Assembly (NCBI GenBank): GCA_050331735.1
Contig: JBHJGN010000017.1
Span: 1-11,135, forward strand
Length of the DNA: 11,135 bases
Source: Cyanophyceae cyanobacterium
Lineage (GTDB): Bacteria; Cyanobacteriota; Cyanobacteriia; Cyanobacteriales; JBHJGN01
Reading direction: 5' to 3'
Shown: piece after piece, positions 6,589 to 11,135 of the stretch
Numbering within the stretch: position 1 is the stretch's first letter
Layout: the number at the start of each line of letters is the position of its first letter
Notes under the pieces: model-generated
The model's input: only the letters and a program-made list of their open reading frames with translations
What the model was told of the DNA's origin: nothing
The model's database searches: none
Program-made: the position numbers and the translations under genes

Positions 6589-9188
6589 CATTTAGCAACG
6601 ACAAAGTTAACGAGCTTGCCGGGAACGACAATTACCTTTTTCACTTCCTTTCCTTCGAGGTAGCGCTGGGCTACCTCAGACTCACGGGCGTAGATTTCTA
6701 GCTGGTGGCGATCACAGTTTGCCGGGACTTGAATTGTGCCACGCACCTTGCCCATCACCTGAATCACCAGCGTAATTTCGTCAACGACTAAAGCCGCAGG
6801 GTCCACTTGAGGCCAAGCTTGGGTGTGAATCGAATCATGATGACCAAGCTGATGCCATAGTTCTTCGGCAATATGGGGCGCAAACGGCGCGAGCAGCAGT
6901 AAGAGAGTGTTAATGGCCTCGGCATAAATCGGTGAATTAAGCTCCTTGGCATCGGAAATAGCATTACTGAGCTTCATCAACTCCGATACTGCCGTATTGA
7001 ACTGATAGTCTCCCTCCAAATCCTCAGAAATTTCCTTAATTGCCGTATGAGTTGCTCGTCGTAAATCCTTTTCCGCCTTCGATTTGGGCTGCAAATCGTT
7101 TTTATCTATAGCGGATGGTTTCTCGGCAAACTCCATTATTAAGCGCCAAACCCGATTGAGGAAGCGGAACTGTCCTTCAACATCTGCCTCTTCCCACTCC
7201 AGGTCTTTTTCTGGCGGCGCTTTGAATAGGATAAACATGCGGGCGGTATCGACACCGTATTTAGCGATTACCTCTTCCGGTGCGACCCCATTTCCCTTTG
7301 ATTTGGACATGGTAGCAAAGCACTCTTCTAAAACTTCTCCAGTATCGGGATCGCGAGGGTCGCTAGGATCGACCAAAGACGAAGGAATCCACTGCTCTTT
7401 ACCGAATTTACGAGGGTTCCTGTAGGTTTTTCCCTGCACCATTCCCTGAGTGAGTAAACGCCTAAAGGGTTCGTCAAAATTGAGTAAGCCGCGATCACGC
7501 AGCACCTTCGTAAAGAAGCGAGAGTACAGCAGGTGCAAAATCGCGTGTTCAATTCCTCCCACGTACTGGTCCACCGCCATCCAGTCATTCACTTTCTCAG
7601 GAGCAAATACCTCCTGGTCGTTATTGGCATCGGTGTAGCGCAGGAAGTACCACGATGAATCAATGAAAGTGTCCATCGTGTCGGTTTCCCGCCGCGCTGG
7701 TTCTCCGCAGCTTGGACAGGTCACATTCACCCATTCCTCTAATTTAGCTAACGGAGAAGGACCGCGTCCGCTAAAATCAACATTTTCCGGCAATCTTACC
7801 GGCAGGTCTGATTCAGGAACGGGAACCGTACCGCAGCTTGGACAGTGAATCACCGGAATCGGTGCGCCCCAATACCGTTGGCGAGAAATGAGCCAGTCGC
7901 GGAGACGATACTGAATGCGCTTCTGGCCGTATCCTTGTCTTTCGGCGTAGTCAGTGATGGCCGCTTTTGCCTCTGTAGAGACCATGCCGTTAAACTGCTC
8001 CGAGTTGACGATAATTCCGGGATCGGTGTACGCTTCCTGAAGAACTTGAGCAAGCTGCTTGGCATTGTCGGCATCATCCGGCACGACCACCACCCGCATC
8101 GGCAACTCTTTGGCTTTCGCAAACTGGAAGTCTCTCGTATCGTGAGCCGGAACACCCATCACTGCTCCGGTCCCGTATTCGTAGAGCACGTAGTCTGCAA
8201 TTAGAATGGGAATTTCTTCGCCGTTAAACGGATTAACGGCTTTTCCTCCAGTCAGGATGCCGCGCTTTGGTTGATCTTCTGCGGTGCGTTCAATTTCGCT
8301 TTCGTTTGCGACTTCTTGTATAAAAGCTTCAACCGCTTCTTGCTGGTCAGCCGTCGTGACGCGCAAGGTTAAGGGGTGTTCCGGGGCGAGCACCACATAG
8401 GTAACGCCGTACACAGTATCGGGACGGGTGGTAAACACGCCGATCTTCTCATCTAGGCCCACAACTGGAAATTCTAAATAAGCCCCAACCGATTTACCGA
8501 TCCAGTTGGCCTGCATTAGCTTGACTCGTTCGGGCCAGCCGTCGAGCTGATCGAGGTCATTGAGTAACTGTTCGGCGTAGTCCGTAATTTTAAAGAACCA
8601 CTGACGCAGGAGCTTGCGCTCTACGATGGCCCCAGAACGCCAGGAACGCCCTTCGCTATCGACCTGTTCGTTAGCCAGAACGGTTTGATCGATAGGATCC
8701 CAGTTGACGGCGGCTTCTTTTTGGTATGCCAGTCCGGCATCCAGAAACTGCAAGAAAATCCACTGCGTCCAGCGGTAGTAGTCGGGGGAACAGGTGGTCA
8801 CTTCCCGACTCCAGTCTAGGCTGAGTCCTAGCTGCTGAAGCTGCTGCCTCATTTGGGCGATATTGTCGTAGGTCCACCGTGCTGGCGGAATGCCCCGATC
8901 GATGGCGGCATTTTCAGCCGGAAGTCCAAACGCATCCCACCCCATCGGATGCAGTACGCGATCGCCCTGCATGCGCTTCCAGCGAGCAATAATATCGGTA
9001 ATTACATAGTTCCTCACGTGCCCCATATGTAGCTTCCCGGATGGATAGGGGAACATCGATAGCGCATAAAATTTGGGCTTCTCCGTATCTTCTGGAGTAG
9101 TATCTACCCCCTTTTCTGCCCAGTGCTGTTGCCATTTTTGTTCAATTTCTGCTGCGTTGTATTGGGACTGCACGGAACGTTTCTCCAC
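6588..9188 (-). CDS. leuS: Leucine--tRNA ligase
   Basis: [13 protein letters not shown] (HIGH motif), [19 protein letters not shown] and [12 protein letters not shown] (editing domain), [28 protein letters not shown] (KMSKS motif), [12 protein letters not shown] start. Confidence 0.98.
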   Translation of the reverse strand: MEKRSVQSQYNAAEIEQKWQQHWAEKGVDTTPEDTEKPKFYALSMFPYPSGKLHMGHVRNYVITDIIARWKRMQGDRVLHPMGWDAFGLPAENAAIDRGIPPARWTYDNIAQMRQQLQQLGLSLDWSREVTTCSPDYYRWTQWIFLQFLDAGLAYQKEAAVNWDPIDQTVLANEQVDSEGRSWRSGAIVERKLLRQWFFKITDYAEQLLNDLDQLDGWPERVKLMQANWIGKSVGAYLEFPVVGLDEKIGVFTTRPDTVYGVTYVVLAPEHPLTLRVTTADQQEAVEAFIQEVANESEIERTAEDQPKRGILTGGKAVNPFNGEEIPILIADYVLYEYGTGAVMGVPAHDTRDFQFAKAKELPMRVVVVPDDADNAKQLAQVLQEAYTDPGIIVNSEQFNGMVSTEAKAAITDYAERQGYGQKRIQYRLRDWLISRQRYWGAPIPVIHCPSCGTVPVPESDLPVRLPENVDFSGRGPSPLAKLEEWVNVTCPSCGEPARRETDTMDTFIDSSWYFLRYTDANNDQEVFAPEKVNDWMAVDQYVGGIEHAILHLLYSRFFTKVLRDRGLLNFDEPFRRLLTQGMVQGKTYRNPRKFGKEQWIPSSLVDPSDPRDPDTGEVLEECFATMSKSKGNGVAPEEVIAKYGVDTARMFILFKAPPEKDLEWEEADVEGQFRFLNRVWRLIMEFAEKPSAIDKNDLQPKSKAEKDLRRATHTAIKEISEDLEGDYQFNTAVSELMKLSNAISDAKELNSPIYAEAINTLLLLLAPFAPHIAEELWHQLGHHDSIHTQAWPQVDPAALVVDEITLVIQVMGKVRGTIQVPANCDRHQLEIYARESEVAQRYLEGKEVKKVIVVPGKLVNFVVAK

Positions 9189-9206
9189 CGAAGCTACACT
9201 TGTCTC

Positions 9207-9716
9207 CTATTTTGACAGATTCTCTGCTGAGTCATTGCTCAGCAGTTTCTCTGAGCGAATGTAGTTAAGTAATCCTCCGCAGGCATCTAGCAGTAAATCG
9301 ATCACTCGATCGAATCCTTCTGGACCACCATAATAAGGATCTGGAACTTCTTGTTCTGGGTGATGAGAGGCAAAATCACCCATGAGTTTTACCTTATGCC
9401 AATCACTACGGCTGGGAGCGAGCCCCAAAATATTGTGATAGTTTTCCCGATCCATTGCCAAAATAAGATCAAATTCGGCAAAATCTGCCGCCTGAATCTG
9501 ACGCGCTTCGCCTCGAAGCTGAATCCCCCGCTGAGCGGCAGCATACTGCATCCGGCGATCGGGTGGAGAACCAATATGATAGTCAGAGGTTCCGGCAGAG
9601 TCACAAATAATCTGGTCCTGCAAGTCAGCTTGCTCAATTAAGTAATTCATGATGTTCTCAGCAGAAGGAGAACGACAAATATTTCCTAAACACACAAACA
9701 ACAGCTTATAGGGCAT
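9207..9716 (-). CDS. Low-molecular-weight protein-tyrosine phosphatase
   Basis: P-loop VCLGNICRSPSAE, DSAGT..YHIG..PD.R, FDLILAMD and the general-acid loop VPDPYYGG. It ends 18 nt before leuS, so the two are probably co-transcribed. Confidence 0.93.
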   Translation of the reverse strand: MPYKLLFVCLGNICRSPSAENIMNYLIEQADLQDQIICDSAGTSDYHIGSPPDRRMQYAAAQRGIQLRGEARQIQAADFAEFDLILAMDRENYHNILGLAPSRSDWHKVKLMGDFASHHPEQEVPDPYYGGPEGFDRVIDLLLDACGGLLNYIRSEKLLSNDSAENLSK

Positions 9717-9739
9717 AGTTCAGACCAACTTTAGTGAGT

Positions 9740-9942
9740 GGGGAAAACTGTCCCTCCGGGACGGGGAAGGGGAAAATAGTTTCTACGAAACGGAGAAGGG
9801 GGAAAAGGAAATTTAGTCGCTCCGAGACGAGAAAAGAACATGGGGTTAAGAAACAGGCCGATTTATCCTCCCTTTCCCCTTTCCCCCTTCCCCTTTTCCC
9901 GTTGCGGAGCAACTTCTTTCCCTGCGCCGGCGGCGCTTCCCC
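9740..9942. repeat. Composite inverted-repeat element, copy 2 (MITE-like), overlapping the 3' end of cofG
   Basis: Begins GGGGAA and ends TTCCCC, flanked on both sides by AGT. Hairpins at 9750-9762, 9779-9791 and 9816-9828 (+), and 9901-9913 and 9924-9936 (-). The central segment 9833-9859 is 19/27 identical to 6473-6499. Confidence 0.85.
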
Positions 9943-10891
9943 AGTCTACATGATGTTGTTGCTGCCATTGAGTAACGGCTGACTGTAGCTGAGATGGCAA
10001 CCAGTCGTAGTATTGCGGATACACGGGAAGACGAGGGACAAGCTGACATCCGGCTTTCTCTAAAACGGTGGCTAAAGAGCGATATTGATGATGAGGGTAA
10101 TCTGGATTGACCTCATCCTTGGGGCCAATTCCGCCGAGATCTCCTGCACCTGCTGCTATGCAGTCAAGCAGAACGGCATCGGTAACTAGATTGGGAGGAA
10201 TTTGAATGGTGATTGATGCTGGTAAAGTTCGGCGAGCTTGAGCCACTAATTCTGGCAGCAGGTCGAGGTTAAAAGCCTCAACCCGATCAGTTTGTTGATG
10301 ACCGGGACTATGAGGTTGTAAGATCACTTCCTGAATGTGTCCCCAGCGTTGATGCATTGTGGCGATCGCTTCTAGGGTATCTCGGCGCTCTTGCTGTGTT
10401 TCTCCGATTCCAAGCAGTAAACCGGTCGTAAACGGAATTTTAAGTTCTCCTGCCCACTCTAACTGCTGTAGCCGTAGGGCCGGTACTTTACTTGGAGCAT
10501 GACGATGAACTGTTTTCAACAGTTGTGGTGTGGTTTGCTCTACCATTAACCCCATCGACACATTTACCTGCTTGAGCTGAGACATCTCTGCAAAGCTCAG
10601 CGGACCAACATTAGTATGAGGCAAAAATCCGAGATCAAGCGCTAGCTGGCAAAGCTGATAGATCCGCTTAAACCATAATCGGCGACGGGGAGAATGAGGA
10701 TGAACTTCCCCGCTGAGAATTAACACTTCACAAACTAGCGGTGGCAGCCTGTCGAGACGTTGCTGGGCTTCAGCTAGCGTCATCCAGGGTTGCTCTGGAT
10801 CGCTCCGAAAGTTGCAGTAAGTGCAGCGGTTAAAGCATTCGTAGGTAGGAACCAGAGTATAGGCGGAACTATAAGTAACGAATCTAGACAC
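9863..10891 (-). CDS. cofG: 7,8-didemethyl-8-hydroxy-5-deazariboflavin (FO) synthase subunit CofG
   Basis: VTYSSAYTLVPTYECFNRCTYCNF (radical SAM CxxxCxxC), LPHTNVG, SMGLMVE, IPFTTGLLLGIGE, GHIQEVILQP, IQIPPNL, DLGGIGPKDEVNPDYPH, RLPVYP; GTG start. The last 26 aa are repeat-derived. Confidence 0.92.
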   Translation of the reverse strand: MSRFVTYSSAYTLVPTYECFNRCTYCNFRSDPEQPWMTLAEAQQRLDRLPPLVCEVLILSGEVHPHSPRRRLWFKRIYQLCQLALDLGFLPHTNVGPLSFAEMSQLKQVNVSMGLMVEQTTPQLLKTVHRHAPSKVPALRLQQLEWAGELKIPFTTGLLLGIGETQQERRDTLEAIATMHQRWGHIQEVILQPHSPGHQQTDRVEAFNLDLLPELVAQARRTLPASITIQIPPNLVTDAVLLDCIAAGAGDLGGIGPKDEVNPDYPHHQYRSLATVLEKAGCQLVPRLPVYPQYYDWLPSQLQSAVTQWQQQHHVDWGSAAGAGKEVAPQREKGKGERGKGG

Positions 10892-11019
10892 TGCTATCTG
10901 TGTGAACGGCGTTGTTTGTGCACCTAAGTAGTCAAGCTGAGAGAAAAGCTTTACTTTTCATCCTAATTCTTGAGTGACTTTGCTGACATTCCGCAAATCC
11001 AAAAAAAAGCTTAACTTTC

Positions 11020-11048
11020 TTTACAAAAGTAAATAAATCCGCTAAGGT
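11020..11048 (+). promoter_or_regulatory. Putative psbA promoter
   Basis: -35 TTTACA (11020-11025), 17-nt spacer, -10 TAAGGT (11043-11048). A TTTACA -35 is typical of cyanobacterial psbA promoters. Confidence 0.65.
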
Positions 11049-11108
11049 AAGTAACAACAGGTAAAACGCCTGTTACAAATTGTTCAAATAACTAGAAATA
11101 ATTCATCA

Positions 11109-11135
11109 ATGACAACTACCATACAACAGCGCTCG
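11109..11135 (+). CDS. psbA: Photosystem II D1 protein, first 9 codons (runs off the window)
   Basis: ATGACAACTACCATACAACAGCGCTCG = MTTTIQQRS, matching the D1 N-terminal pattern MTTTLQ[RQ]R. It is preceded by a psbA-like promoter and an AT-rich leader with no Shine-Dalgarno sequence. Only 9 codons are visible. Confidence 0.75.

Larger units (their letters stand above)
884..10369. repeat. HIP1 octamers GCGATCGC (7 dispersed copies)
   Basis: Copies seen at 884-891, 1274-1281, 1486-1493, 4711-4718, 6257-6264, 8958-8965 and 10362-10369. This is far above random expectation for an 8-mer in 11 kb and is a cyanobacterial hallmark. Confidence 0.9.

Noticed and set aside
6185..6631. 148-aa minus-strand ORF, and ORFs 9706..9912, 9734..9982 and 9846..10049
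   Set aside because: These are low-complexity translations of the repeat elements that overlap established genes, with no recognisable domain.
1956..9641. Other short alternative-frame and antisense ORFs inside glnT, the kinase, gun4, icd, leuS and the phosphatase
   Set aside because: They overlap confidently assigned genes and show no motifs, as expected for shadow ORFs.

Overview
Cyanobacterial chromosomal window, judged from seven HIP1 GCGATCGC octamers, an NtcA box, GUN4 and a psbA start. It is mostly housekeeping. In order: a probable IS4-type transposase N-terminal remnant fused to a DUF1822-type pseudogene with an in-frame TGA; a stand-alone glnT/GmaS-like glutamate-amine ligase behind a canonical NtcA class II promoter; a GAF sensor 'histidine kinase' lacking its catalytic motifs; GUN4; icd; leuS; a low-molecular-weight protein tyrosine phosphatase; cofG; and the promoter and first 9 codons of a probable psbA. 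The most unusual signal is two related ~200-bp composite elements (6370-6588 and 9740-9942). Each is built from small 5-bp-stem hairpins with compensatory base changes, set in GGGGAAA tracts and arranged as two inverted arms around a shared core. The second copy looks like an insertion with a 3-bp target duplication that replaced the C-terminus of CofG. Family assignments come from motif recognition; no database search was run.
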